Shown here: positions 35,301 through 45,392 of the stretch, one piece after another | How the letters are laid out: each line of letters begins with the position of its first letter | How positions within the stretch are numbered: the first letter of the stretch is position 1 | Source: Dudresnaya verticillata | Lineage: Eukaryota | Assembly: GCA_977862235.1 (NCBI GenBank) | Contig: OZ374565.1 | Location: 868,001 to 932,000, forward strand | Length of the DNA stretch: 64,000 bases | Reading direction: 5' to 3' | The notes under the pieces: generated by a model | Told to the model about the DNA's origin: nothing | Database searches by the model: none | What the model saw: only the letters and a program-made list of their open reading frames with translations | Program-made: the position numbers and the translations under genes

Positions 35301-36779
35301 ACCCTGGTGGAATTAAGATGTACTACACCTTACGGAGAGACTACTATTGGCCACATATGGCTAACGATGTATTCGAGACCGTTCGGAGTTGCCGCTCATG
35401 TGTCAAAACCAGAGGCTCGCGGTTTAAGCATCAGAAGTTCATGAAGCTATTTCCCGCGAGTGGCCCACTGGAGTTTGTTGCTACGGACATACTAGGCCCG
35501 CTGCCGAAAACCAAACGGGGATACGTCTTTTTACTGGTCATCACCGATCGGTTTTCTAAACTAACACGGTGCATTCCGTTACGGACGATTACAGCCGTCG
35601 TGGTGGCGAATGCATTTTTAGACCATTGGGTGTATGCTGTATGCGTATGGCGAACCTAAATTCGTACTCACCGACAATGGAAGACAGTTTACAGCGAAGT
35701 TCTTCGACGCTGTCTGTGCCCTACTCGGAGTGCGGCATTTGCTGACCGCTGCCTACCACCCGCAAACCAACGGGCAAGCCGAACGGTTTAACAAAACCAT
35801 AGCGCAGCGCCTCCGACACTACGTCGAGGATCACCACACCGATTGGGATTTATACCTACAGCCGTTGACCTACTCCTATAATATGCAGGTACACCGGATT
35901 ACGGATACTACTCCCTTTGACCTGGTGTTAACTCGACACCCATCGGATATTATTGTGCGTGGCACCCCTGTGGAGTTGGAAGAAACCGTTACGGAGGGGC
36001 GTATGACACCCGTACTCCAAAAACGGGGAACCATGCGGCGTTTGCGTTATGCCCTACAGAAGGCGCAGACCAAACAGACTACAGCCCAGTTGAAGTCCAA
36101 GGCCCTATTCGACCGTAAGGTACGCTTCCGACTGGTGGTTTGCGGTGGCGATCAAGTCTACGTAGATCGCCCGCCGCGTAATCTACGACCCACCGAGCGA
36201 CAGGAACGCGACCGATTGGGTCAAGGCCCTGACCACATCGGTGAATTTGCGGAGCAAATGAAAAAGCTCCTCCCAAGGTCGACGGGCCCCTACGAGGTGC
36301 ACACCGCAACGGATACTGTAGTCACTATCAAGAAGGATGGCGTCCTGATTCCCATCAGCATCGATCGCATCACTAAGGTACCAATTGGAGTTCCCGTGCA
36401 ACCGGCGCCGCTATTGGCCCCGCCGGTTACGCCACACGCCGACATGGACGGTACAGTATCCTAGCAGGCGGGAGGCACCACAGTAGTACCCCAAACACCA
36501 GGTGGTATTACTGTAACGCCTCAAACGCCAGGCGGTACTTCTGCCCCCGTGCCGGAAACAATTGATGCCGACACGGAGTATGTCATCGAGCAGATAGTGG
36601 GACACCGCGAAGAACCCACGGGCATGACCTACAAGGTGCGTTGGTACGGCTACCCACCAGACCAAGACACGTATGAACCCGCTGAGGAGTTGCCGCAAAA
36701 CTTCATACACCGCTATTGGAATAGAAAGCGTACGGCAGCAGCTGCAGCTCGACGTCGCAGAGCTCCCGCACGTCGATAG
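32379..36779 (+). pseudogene. pol: Gypsy-B pol (protease, RT, RNase H, integrase, chromodomain); few frameshifts and one in-frame TAG
   Basis: Protease: SDSGAGPNLI. RT: LDCNSGYWQV, MPFGLKNAPATFQ, VYLDD. RNase H: DTDACDYQVG. Integrase: HYTLMSGHPG..CRSC, DILGP, TDNG, QTNGQAER. Chromodomain: EYVIEQIVGH..YKVRWYGY..TYEP. Confidence 0.96.
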
Positions 36780-36814
36780 CCAGTCGCTACTCACCCACGC
36801 AGTAGGGGTTTTGG

Positions 36815-36973
36815 AAAAATCGGGCATGACCCGTGGACTCCGTGTTCACAGAACCCTTGCTCAAGGGGCTCTACTCCCTATTGGTGACTTGGCGTTGATA
36901 CAAAATGGGCATGACCTCTGGACTCTGGAACCACAGAACCCTTGCCCAAGAGGCTCTACTCCATATTGGTGAA
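36815..36973. repeat. Imperfect 85-bp tandem duplication between pol and the antisense ORF
   Basis: gggcatgacc..tggactc..cacagaacccttgc.caag.ggctctactcc.tattggtga starts at 36822 and at 36907. Confidence 0.85.
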
Positions 36974-37162
36974 TCGCCGGCGAGCGAGCAACCACTTCTG
37001 GTGTGAGATGGTCGTCAACCGGCCGCAAAGCCTTGTGTGGGGTAGGGTAGCCTCTCCACTTCAAGACTCACTCCACAGTGGTGTTATTCCACTTCCCCTC
37101 CGCCAGCGAAAGGGGGGCTCACACAAATCACAAGATTTTATTGACAAGTGGCATTTCTACGC

Positions 37163-40030
37163 TTACACCGCATTTCGGGGACGCTTTGCTGGCGGCGCCA
37201 GGTCGGCCTCCGTATCTTCCTCTTTGGCCGTACTCTCCTCCAAGTCGGGAATATCCTGACCATATACCCTTGCGGTAATCATGGTGAGTCTCCTGCCGGT
37301 GTCTGCCATGCGTCGACACAAAGCGCGAATGGTACGCCTTAGGCGCGCCAGGCGCCCGACCCACAGCACGGCGGTGTTAATGGCTTCGTTCGCCGACGCT
37401 GGAAGGGGCATGCCCGCGTCTCTACACCACTCGCGGAGTCGCTGCAGGGCATCCCCATCTACGCGCAACTCCGCTTCGGTCCAACTCGGCATCTCCCTCG
37501 GGGCATTCTCCTCTTGTTTCACCACCACGGGGTCGATATGACGGGGTGGCCCTCCACCTGGACCCGCAGCGGCCACAAACGTCACGGAGTCACTCGACGC
37601 GGGCGACACCGGCTTGACAACTTCACCCCGCTTCGGTGTAGTGGTCTTCACTGCTACTCCAGGCCGTGTGGTCGCGCGTTCCTCCACTTGGTCGGTCCCC
37701 ACTGGTGTAGCGTCCTCTTCCATCTCGGAGTCGTCGTGCTCCCCGACGGGACCCAACTTAGCCGCGGTTGCCGCCACTACCGTGGGTTTCCCTACCGCTA
37801 CGGTATTCGCCGCCTTGTCCAACTTGGTGTTCGCGTTGACCCCCGGCGAGACAGCCGGTTTCGAAGCCCCGATTGGTGTAGATGCTGCGGCCACCCCCGA
37901 CAAACCCCCCTGCGCCTCGATCTCCGCTCCTACAGGAGGAGACTCCGTTACGGTCTTCTTGGGTGACGAAGTCGTGCGGTCGCCCCACACCTTTATGGCT
38001 TCTCCACCAGGGGATTCTCTTGGCACAAGGACCCTTGGGTCCCCGCGCCCCTTCTCAATCTCGTCAACCCCCACCGGTGTAATCTCGTCTGCAGGCGGAC
38101 TGTCGAGGCGTCCCTGTGGATACGGCACACCGGATTGAGTACCCCACTCACATGATGGCGGAGCCCTCGATGGCCCCTCCGTCATGGGGTAGAACCTGGA
38201 GCGGGCGCGTATCGCGTGCCAGTTTGACATCTTCTCGTGGATCAACCACGCCGGCTCGGGGTCTTCTTCCGATAGGAAATACGCCATACCACACCCGGAG
38301 TTTAGCGGTGGCACCGACAACACGCGGTCGTCATTCCAATGATAACCGATGAACCCTGGCGTTCGCTCCCAATTGGTGTCTGCGTGAACCGTGAAGAGGC
38401 GTTCCACACGCGCCAAGGGGTATTCGGTCCCCTCAACCAACCGGTCTACTCCAACTTGGTGTATAAGGGTAACCACCGGCCCTGGTAGCTTGAATATGCG
38501 CCCGCACTCGCCACCTTCCGGATCCGTTCTGCTCCGCGGGTACGCCCTCCAGTCGGTCATCTTGGTATTGGCTCTTAAACCCCTGTAGGTGACCTGTAGC
38601 CAGGAGAAGAGGACTAACATGGCCCATTCCGCTTGGAGTATCCGACCGAACACCGTCATCAGCGGATGGTCGATTGACTTCTCTCCGCCTGGGTGTGCAG
38701 CTTTCCAGTCGCGATGCTGAATGAACCGGTTGGAGAAGTACGCCACCACCGTCGGCGTTGGCACTGACAACCAACGGGTGACTTCATACTCAGCCCACCA
38801 ATCCGGAGCGGTGCAGTACAAGCGACGGTGCGCTCCCGGCGGCACCTGGAAGAATTCGTTGGTGTTCCAAGTGTGGAGTATCGCCCTTCCGAGACGGCGT
38901 CCATCTCTACTCCGCAACCGGAGTCGATGCTCTTTCGCTGCGTCGTCGGCCCACCGTCGCGGATTCGCAAACCAGTGAACCCCTTGGTCATACGGCTTCT
39001 CGTAGCACAGGAACTCGACACCAACCGGATGCTCTCTCAGTCGATGAGCCATGGCCAACAAGCGGCACACCTTATCGGGATAGCCTTCTTCTTCCTGACA
39101 CCTCAGCCACACGATGTCACACCCGGTTGGAGTTCGCACTCTGCAGTTTGAGTGAATCCACCTGGCTCGCCACATCTCCTCACGCCGATTCGGGAACGGC
39201 TTGTTGTTGATCAACCCACCGGCGTCTGGAACAGCACTGTAGCGACGCCCCTCGAGGGTACCACCATAGTGGGGCACGAACACCGATAGGGGCATGGGGA
39301 GACGCACCATATCGCGCTCCTCCTCGGTACGCTGGCGCCTCCCGGTGCGGTGATCGTATTCCCGGCCAGGCCAAGTTCCCTCATCGGTGTAACCTGTCAA
39401 GTCCACGCGCCCATGGTAATTCCCTTGCATCCCCGGCGCGTACGGCATTGAACCAGACAGCGTGCCGCCAACACCCATGTGGAGTGGGGGTGAGGTCACG
39501 CCACCTCCCACCTGACCAACCTGGAGACCCTGCGCGTACGCCTCATATCGCCCATGCGGAGTTGCACGACGATATCTCCCAAGCTCCATCTCGGCGTTGC
39601 CTTTGGAAGGACCGGGTCGTTGTGCCCCCGGCCCAACCTGTCGATCCGGAAGCGGAGTCGGCACCTGTCGAGCCTCGCCGTCATCGCGCCGTCGCGGCAC
39701 CCTCGGGCTGCCCGCGCGTGCTGGCAGCGTCGGCGTTGTGCCCGCTTCCGCCGCAACTCCCGCTATGGTGTCCGCGATTCGGCCGCCTTCTTCTTCTTCT
39801 GCCTCCGGCGCCGGAGCCGCCCCCACCGACGATGTACGCCGTGTCGGTTGGAAGGGGCTCCGTGCGCGGTCGGTGTTCCCGCCCGCCATTGCTAGCGGTA
39901 CACCGGTTTGGACCTGTCCGTTGGTTGACCTGCCTGAAGTGGAGTGTACCGATGAGGCTCTCTCCGTTGTTGGGTACACCTGAGTGGAGTCGTAGAAGAC
40001 GTGCTGTGGCGCACGAGGACGTGTCGCCAT
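37163..40030 (-). CDS. 955-aa antisense accessory protein of Gypsy-B, unknown function
   Basis: Uninterrupted 2.9-kb ORF whose ATG abuts the PPT. Disordered ends, a Trp-rich globular core and a C-terminal helical/coiled-coil segment ending in NLS-like PPAKRPR. Confidence 0.85.
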   Translation of the reverse strand: MATRPRAPQHVFYDSTQVYPTTERASSVHSTSGRSTNGQVQTGVPLAMAGGNTDRARSPFQPTRRTSSVGAAPAPEAEEEEGGRIADTIAGVAAEAGTTPTLPARAGSPRVPRRRDDGEARQVPTPLPDRQVGPGAQRPGPSKGNAEMELGRYRRATPHGRYEAYAQGLQVGQVGGGVTSPPLHMGVGGTLSGSMPYAPGMQGNYHGRVDLTGYTDEGTWPGREYDHRTGRRQRTEEERDMVRLPMPLSVFVPHYGGTLEGRRYSAVPDAGGLINNKPFPNRREEMWRARWIHSNCRVRTPTGCDIVWLRCQEEEGYPDKVCRLLAMAHRLREHPVGVEFLCYEKPYDQGVHWFANPRRWADDAAKEHRLRLRSRDGRRLGRAILHTWNTNEFFQVPPGAHRRLYCTAPDWWAEYEVTRWLSVPTPTVVAYFSNRFIQHRDWKAAHPGGEKSIDHPLMTVFGRILQAEWAMLVLFSWLQVTYRGLRANTKMTDWRAYPRSRTDPEGGECGRIFKLPGPVVTLIHQVGVDRLVEGTEYPLARVERLFTVHADTNWERTPGFIGYHWNDDRVLSVPPLNSGCGMAYFLSEEDPEPAWLIHEKMSNWHAIRARSRFYPMTEGPSRAPPSCEWGTQSGVPYPQGRLDSPPADEITPVGVDEIEKGRGDPRVLVPRESPGGEAIKVWGDRTTSSPKKTVTESPPVGAEIEAQGGLSGVAAASTPIGASKPAVSPGVNANTKLDKAANTVAVGKPTVVAATAAKLGPVGEHDDSEMEEDATPVGTDQVEERATTRPGVAVKTTTPKRGEVVKPVSPASSDSVTFVAAAGPGGGPPRHIDPVVVKQEENAPREMPSWTEAELRVDGDALQRLREWCRDAGMPLPASANEAINTAVLWVGRLARLRRTIRALCRRMADTGRRLTMITARVYGQDIPDLEESTAKEEDTEADLAPPAKRPRNAV

Positions 40031-40043
40031 TTAAGGAGGGGGG
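40031..40043 (+). other. Polypurine tract of Gypsy-B
   Basis: TTAAGGAGGGGGG, 2 nt before the 3' LTR. Confidence 0.92.
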
Positions 40044-40045
40044 TC

Positions 40046-40720
40046 TGTGGTGAAGCGGCCGTTTCGGAGTGCGGACGACGGTTGAACCGACCCGCGCCCG
40101 GCGCACTGGTGAGCTGGCGCCAAAAGCCGAAGCGGAGTGCAGTGACACAGTAGCACTGTATGCCCTGCTGGAGTCTGCGCGCACCACCAATAGGAGTCGA
40201 GTAGTTGATTTATTTGTAATTAGGTAATTATAATCATGCTGTACAGTACGTAGTGTCAGCCGGCCAATAAGAATGTCGAGCATGTCCGCAACGGTGACCG
40301 GGACCAGTAGGGCCGGACTCACCTGGTGGACCAGACCCATTGGGGTCTGGCCCACAGGGACCGGACCCCGGGGCGTATCTCCCAGTATATTAATGGGTGG
40401 CCACCGCGAGTCCTACAGTAAACGGGTACGCAACCCTGGGCAAAGTGACTTACCCTAAGCCTTACCCTCATACTCCTTTACGGTTTCCCCTCGCCAGCCC
40501 CGTGCACGGATTCCTCCTACCTCCGTCCCGGTGTAGCTGCCCTGGCACTGTACCGTCCCCCTTGTCTGTTGCGTCCCTTTACTCCTTACAGGTGTTGCCG
40601 CTCGAGGTACTCCCTTCGGTCTACGAACTAAGCTCTACCACCCCGGTGCCGTGTGAGATCACTCCTTATTGGGATTGCCTGATCAGCTCTCCTTACAGGT
40701 GTGCCTTTCACTTCACCACA
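40046..40720 (+). repeat. 3' LTR of Gypsy-B
   Basis: Direct repeat of 28824-29498. Confidence 0.97.
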
Positions 40721-40903
40721 AAGTGCCCCGCACCGTCGTTTGCAGCGTACATTGCGACGCTCTGAAACAGCGTTTCGGATCTGTTTGCGATCCCGCAAGT
40801 GGTGTCAGATTGCAGAACGCCCGCCAAAAACGATCTGTCGCCCGCTCGCGCGGGCGGACGAGGAGCGATTGAATGATCTAAAGTAAACTTTACTTCCGTG
40901 TTT

Positions 40904-41932
40904 CTACTCTTTCTTGCCCTTGTCCGCAAACTTGGAGGGGAAGTGGCGCATGCTGGCCTGAATGCGTAGCTGCATTCGGCGTTCTTCGGCGTGGTCTCGG
41001 TCGCGTTTGGCGTCATCAGCTGCTCGCTGCTCCTCGAGAGCGACGCGGCGGAGGTTGGGAGCTTGAATAGCCTCTGCACTCGTCGTTTCGCGATCGGGAC
41101 GGAGGTCTTCAATGGCTAGACGTCGGTCGTCGCGTGCCGTGGCTGCCAGTAACGCCTCACTGCGAGCGCGCTCGCCACTTTCAAGTGCGCTTCTAGCGGC
41201 TCCTAGATCCCTGCCGCGTTCTGTTACACCGACGTGACGCTTCTTAGACAGAGTTCCCACTGGGCTGTCGTCGTTCGCCTCTGGTGTTGCGTCCCGCGCC
41301 GCATGTCGGTTAAGCGCCATTTCCCGAACGGCAGCACCAGCGCCCAACAGCAGCTCTGTCTTGTCCTCCTTCTCCTTAAGGGATTCTTCTTGTTCCAACT
41401 TATGCGCATCCATCTCCTCCCTGATATCGCTGCACAACCGTTTTGCCACACGTTCGAACGCCCCGAAGTCCTCCCTACCACCTGAGGCAGCAGCCCGGGT
41501 GCTGTCCTGCGACTTCCATTTGTCCATCAGCAGCTTAAAGCGGTCGCGACAGTGCTTGCCGTCTGTCTTCCAGGGCAACGCGAGGTGCGTGTTGGCATTC
41601 AGTTTGACAGCCACCTCCGAAAACTTTGTGAGCAACTCTCATTTCCACGGCACGTGTGCACCGCAGGCGATGATCTCCTGCATGAGGGGGACGTTGTGCT
41701 CGTCCCTGCAGATGCGACGCGGCTTCGGAGCAGCCCGCGTCGCGGTGTTGGTCGAGGGTGCAGGTGGAGCACTGCTCGGCGTAGCAGGCGACGGACCTGC
41801 CGGCGGTGACGGCGTGTCCAGCTCGAGGATGTCGCTCTGCGGCGTTGGTGGGGGAGCGGTAGTGGGATCGGCGTCCTCATCCACTGCGATGGCGTCGGAA
41901 GGCGCCTGTTGCTGGCAAGATGATGTCAGCAT
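40904..41932 (-). pseudogene. Harbinger Myb/SANT-like partner protein (single in-frame TGA at 41639-41641)
   Basis: Convergent with the transposase. RICRDEHNVPLMQEIIACGAHVPWK*ELLTKFSEVAVKLN...DGKHCRDRFKLLMDKWK...ASG, then a coiled coil. Confidence 0.82.
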
Positions 41933-42542
41933 GGTAGAAGGCGTCGGAGGGCGGTTTGGATGCGCGTGTCCACGAGGAGGTGGGTGGGCTATCTGGAGAG
42001 CACAGAATGGGGTTCGCGCCAATTTTGGTTGCGAACTTCGCTTCGCTGTTGGTCCGGGAATGCCCATTTTTCTGTGTGGTGACTTCGGTATTTTCTGCCT
42101 ACTGTAAATATATGCCGAATAAATCACCGAAGTGGCACCGAAATCGGTATGCCAAAACCCACGATAGTCGTCATTGTACAACCTGTAGTGTCCGCCCCCG
42201 CGCTTGCGATCACTCCGGGGGCACTTGTCTTTTGTTTGTTGGTTCGTCGTGACAGTCAGAATCGTGGAACGGGTAGCTGTTTTTTAGATAAATACCGTAC
42301 ACTTCCTTGCCGAAGTTGAAATACAATTATGTTTAGAGGCCTCGCGGATACCTCTGCTACGAACTTCTCCGATACTGCTTAGTGGGTGGCATAAAATTAC
42401 CGCATTACTTATCTGAAAGAAGAACGCATCATTCCCGCAGGCGCAGGCCTCCGAAAACAGCCCGGCGGGAAAACGGTTGCGAGTCGGCTAACCCAACCTA
42501 CCCGCCCCTCCCCCGCCCCGCAGCCGACTCCCAACCGGCAGT

Positions 42543-43346
42543 ATGGAGCGACCGGGATCGCTAACGTCGCCTTCGCCTGGCCTTTCAAAGCCCGCGACGG
42601 CAAGCGCAGCACGCATACAGCCGCGCCCGCCGCCACCGCCGCCGCCACCGCCGCCGCCGCCTCTCTCGCCGAGTCCGCCCACATCGCCAACAGCTTCGGC
42701 CGGGCGCTCGCGCGCGCGCAGCAAGAAAACCCGCGCCGGCATCCCAAACTACTCCTCGTCGGACGCAGCCGCTCTGCTGGACCTGGTGGAGGCGCTGCAG
42801 CCGCACTCATCGTCGCACTGGGAGGCCCTGGCCGTGCGCTTCGCCCATTGGGCGCGTCTGCATGCGCGCCCGCCTCGCGACGCCGCCTCGCTGCGCGCAA
42901 AGTTTGCGAAGTTCTGCGCAGGGGCCGACCACGCGCCGGCATCGCCGCTATCCGCGCGGGCGCGCTCCGCAGCCAGGGCTATCGCCGCGCGCGGCAGGCA
43001 CGGGCGCGAACGCGGCGAGGAGAGCTGCAGCGCTGATGGAGGTGACGTGCTTGTTGAACGAGGCCCCAAGAGGCGCAAGGTTGGTGCTGAGGGCGCCGCA
43101 CAGGTCGAGCTGCTCGAGTGTGTCGGGGAGATGTCGCGCAGGACTGCTGCTATTGCTAACGCCCTGCGTAGCTCGGCTGTTGCTGGGCAAGGGGATGTGC
43201 GGCAACAGGGCGCGGTTGGTGGTGAGCAGCTTGCCGCCGCTGTGAGGGACGGCATTCGTGAAGGGCTTCAGCCGGTCCAGGAGGCGCTCAACGATATCAA
43301 GGAGCTGCTCGCTACCGTCTGCGAGCACCTTCGGGAGAAGGACTGA
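42543..43346 (+). CDS. Myb/SANT-like (DUF6818-type) domain protein, 267 aa
   Basis: Intact GC-rich ORF. GIPNYSSSDAAALLDLVEALQPHSSSHWEALAVRFAHW...RPPRDAASLRAKFAKF. Basic PKRRK motif and C-terminal amphipathic helix. Confidence 0.75.
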   Translation: MERPGSLTSPSPGLSKPATASAARIQPRPPPPPPPPPPPPLSPSPPTSPTASAGRSRARSKKTRAGIPNYSSSDAAALLDLVEALQPHSSSHWEALAVRFAHWARLHARPPRDAASLRAKFAKFCAGADHAPASPLSARARSAARAIAARGRHGRERGEESCSADGGDVLVERGPKRRKVGAEGAAQVELLECVGEMSRRTAAIANALRSSAVAGQGDVRQQGAVGGEQLAAAVRDGIREGLQPVQEALNDIKELLATVCEHLREKD

Positions 43347-44393
43347 CGCCCGCGACACTCGAAGGCCTTCGATACGAGAGGGGCTTCGCCCAGTCTGTGG
43401 GGCACTCCACGAGATAGGCGAGTCGATCGTGAATGTCGGCAAGCGTCTGTGGGAGAAGGACCGTGTCAACTGTACATCTGCCCCGCAGCTGCCCCTCGTT
43501 GGGAACCGGTCATACCCTCGCTTCGAACGGGAGTTTCGACCGGTCGATATCTTCACCATATCAAGGCGCTGCTCGCTATCGTCTACAAGTAGCCGCGGGA
43601 GACGGACCGACCGACTCGCTTGCGTAGCTACTGCGCAACTGGCTTCTGCGCATATCGAGTCAGCTTGCTGGGGCGAGCTCTGGGCTGCTCTGTATTCAAG
43701 GTGCTCTGTGATCTGGTTGCAATTTTTCAAGGGGTGCAAACCTAACATTGAAAGTGCCCAACCGAACGATGCGTTGTACATGTCAGGTACAACATCACCG
43801 AAGCTGCACGTGTCCTGCTGCCATGAGAAATCTTATATCAGGGGCTTGCGGTACGGAGCAGCTCCGGACCCAAAGCTCATACATGAGCTACGGGATGCTG
43901 CAGTTCACGCCACTCTCATCGTGATATACGAGTTTTCCGCTTTAGAGTTGGAACAGCCAAAGCTGTCCTCTCGCCTTTATTCTGCTGCTGTGGGAAGTGT
44001 TAGCCTTGGATACATCAATCGGGAACAGCACATTCCTCAAGTTGGCGAACTGCCGGCTACCAGGCAAGATGTGCTGTTTGGCGCGCACGGCAATCTGTGC
44101 AGGCCCGTGAGCTCTTGTCGTCTGTGCACCGGCGATTTGTAACGTCTCGCCTCTTTTATCTAATCTTTGGAGAGTGCATCAATAGCAGATTGGCACGGCA
44201 GGGGGAGGCATAGCAGCAAACGGCGGTTTGACTGGCCTTCCACAGCTGTGCTGTTGGTTCTCAAGACGAGTTGTCGATGCTGGAGCATATGGGCAGGCTA
44301 CTTCTGGTCATTCGACAGTTATCGCAAGCAACGAGCGCACGGAAAAAAGAGATCCAGGTATGGCTCGAGTTGCAGGAGGCGAGCCATCATATA

Positions 44394-45392
44394 TCACCGT
44401 CTATCGGTATCCGTAGCAGAGGAAAGGAAGACGCGTGCTTTGCGCAGACCCTCCTCGTTGACATCGTCTGCGAGGGCATTGAGGCGGCTATACGTAGCGT
44501 CACCAAAACGCAGTGGTCTCTTCATGATGCGATCCAGCTCTTCGTCGGGGCCCTTGTGGACATTATGACTTTGCACGGTCACATTGCACTTGAGCACTTG
44601 CAAGAGCTTGCCAAGATCCTCACCCAACTTAGGCGCACGAATGACATAGTCCGGCACTAAGCGCTCTTCTGCGGGCACGCCCAACGGCGTGCCGTTAAGG
44701 TACAGATACGGATAGCCCTCCAAGAAAACCTCGGCGCGATCGTTTTGAGAGAACCTCTTGATAGCCTTCATCTTGCTCTTCCCCGTGAGCGGTTGGCCAT
44801 TGCGAGTAGCAAAGTCTTTTGCGCCGGACCACATGCGCTCGCGGACATTCTTGCACGACGTGACATAGAACAAGCTCCGACAATCATTCCGCAGGGCAGC
44901 TACATCGTCCAGCGACATATACACGTGGTGCGACAGCATGCCGATGCGTGGACGAGACAGGGCGAACATGTTGCGCATGAGCCTGTCCCTGTGTTGGCGG
45001 CTCGGGGCGCGCGGCTGGACAAAGCCGTGTGTATCCATGCATGGCTTGATGACGCGCGAGATGGTGGTGCTACCAGTGCGCGGCGGGCGGTCGTACACGA
45101 AGCAGTGGGGCTTGTCGGGGGCGTCGGGGGGTGGGGCGTTGGCGGGGGCGGGGCTGGTGGCGGCGTCGAGGGCCTCCTCGGCGAGCTCGTCCGGGTCTGC
45201 CTCTACGTCGAACTCGTCAGGGTCTTCCGAGGCCGCGCGCGGCGGGGGCGCGGGCGGGATGAGGCGGGGCGGGGCGCGCGAGTGGGTGAGGTTTTGCAGC
45301 TCGTCCTTGAGCGGGGTTAGCAGCAGCAGCAGGAAGAGCGCCGCGGGGAGGACCAGCGCGTAGAGAAGGGTGTTGCGACGCCGGGCCGTCAT
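44394..45392 (-). CDS. Golgi-type (type II membrane) sulfotransferase-family protein, 332 aa
   Basis: Short basic N-tail, TM helix and Pro/acidic stem. PAPS 5'-PSB-like FVYDRPPRTGSTT and 3'-PB-like YVTSCKNVRERMWS. Confidence 0.78.
   Translation of the reverse strand: MTARRRNTLLYALVLPAALFLLLLLTPLKDELQNLTHSRAPPRLIPPAPPPRAASEDPDEFDVEADPDELAEEALDAATSPAPANAPPPDAPDKPHCFVYDRPPRTGSTTISRVIKPCMDTHGFVQPRAPSRQHRDRLMRNMFALSRPRIGMLSHHVYMSLDDVAALRNDCRSLFYVTSCKNVRERMWSGAKDFATRNGQPLTGKSKMKAIKRFSQNDRAEVFLEGYPYLYLNGTPLGVPAEERLVPDYVIRAPKLGEDLGKLLQVLKCNVTVQSHNVHKGPDEELDRIMKRPLRFGDATYSRLNALADDVNEEGLRKARVFLSSATDTDRR

Larger units (their letters stand above)
28824..40720 (+). mobile_element. Ty3/Gypsy chromodomain LTR retrotransposon B (full length, recent)
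   Basis: Two 675-bp LTRs (about 7 substitutions by eye). Perfect TSD AAGTG (28819-28823 / 40721-40725). PBS, PPT, gag, pol and chromodomain present. Confidence 0.97.

Noticed and set aside
37163..40030. env gene
   Set aside because: Antisense orientation, no signal peptide and no clear C-terminal transmembrane anchor.
25509..42190. CACTA (EnSpm) transposon suggested by CACTACAG/CTGTAGTG
   Set aside because: The match is only 8 bp, there is no TSD, and the enclosed transposase is Harbinger-type rather than EnSpm. Kept only as a tentative end motif.
43258..44142. 294-aa ORF and its 277-aa antisense counterpart
   Set aside because: Apart from the short duplicated helix there are no protein-like features; it overlaps the real gene's end in another frame.
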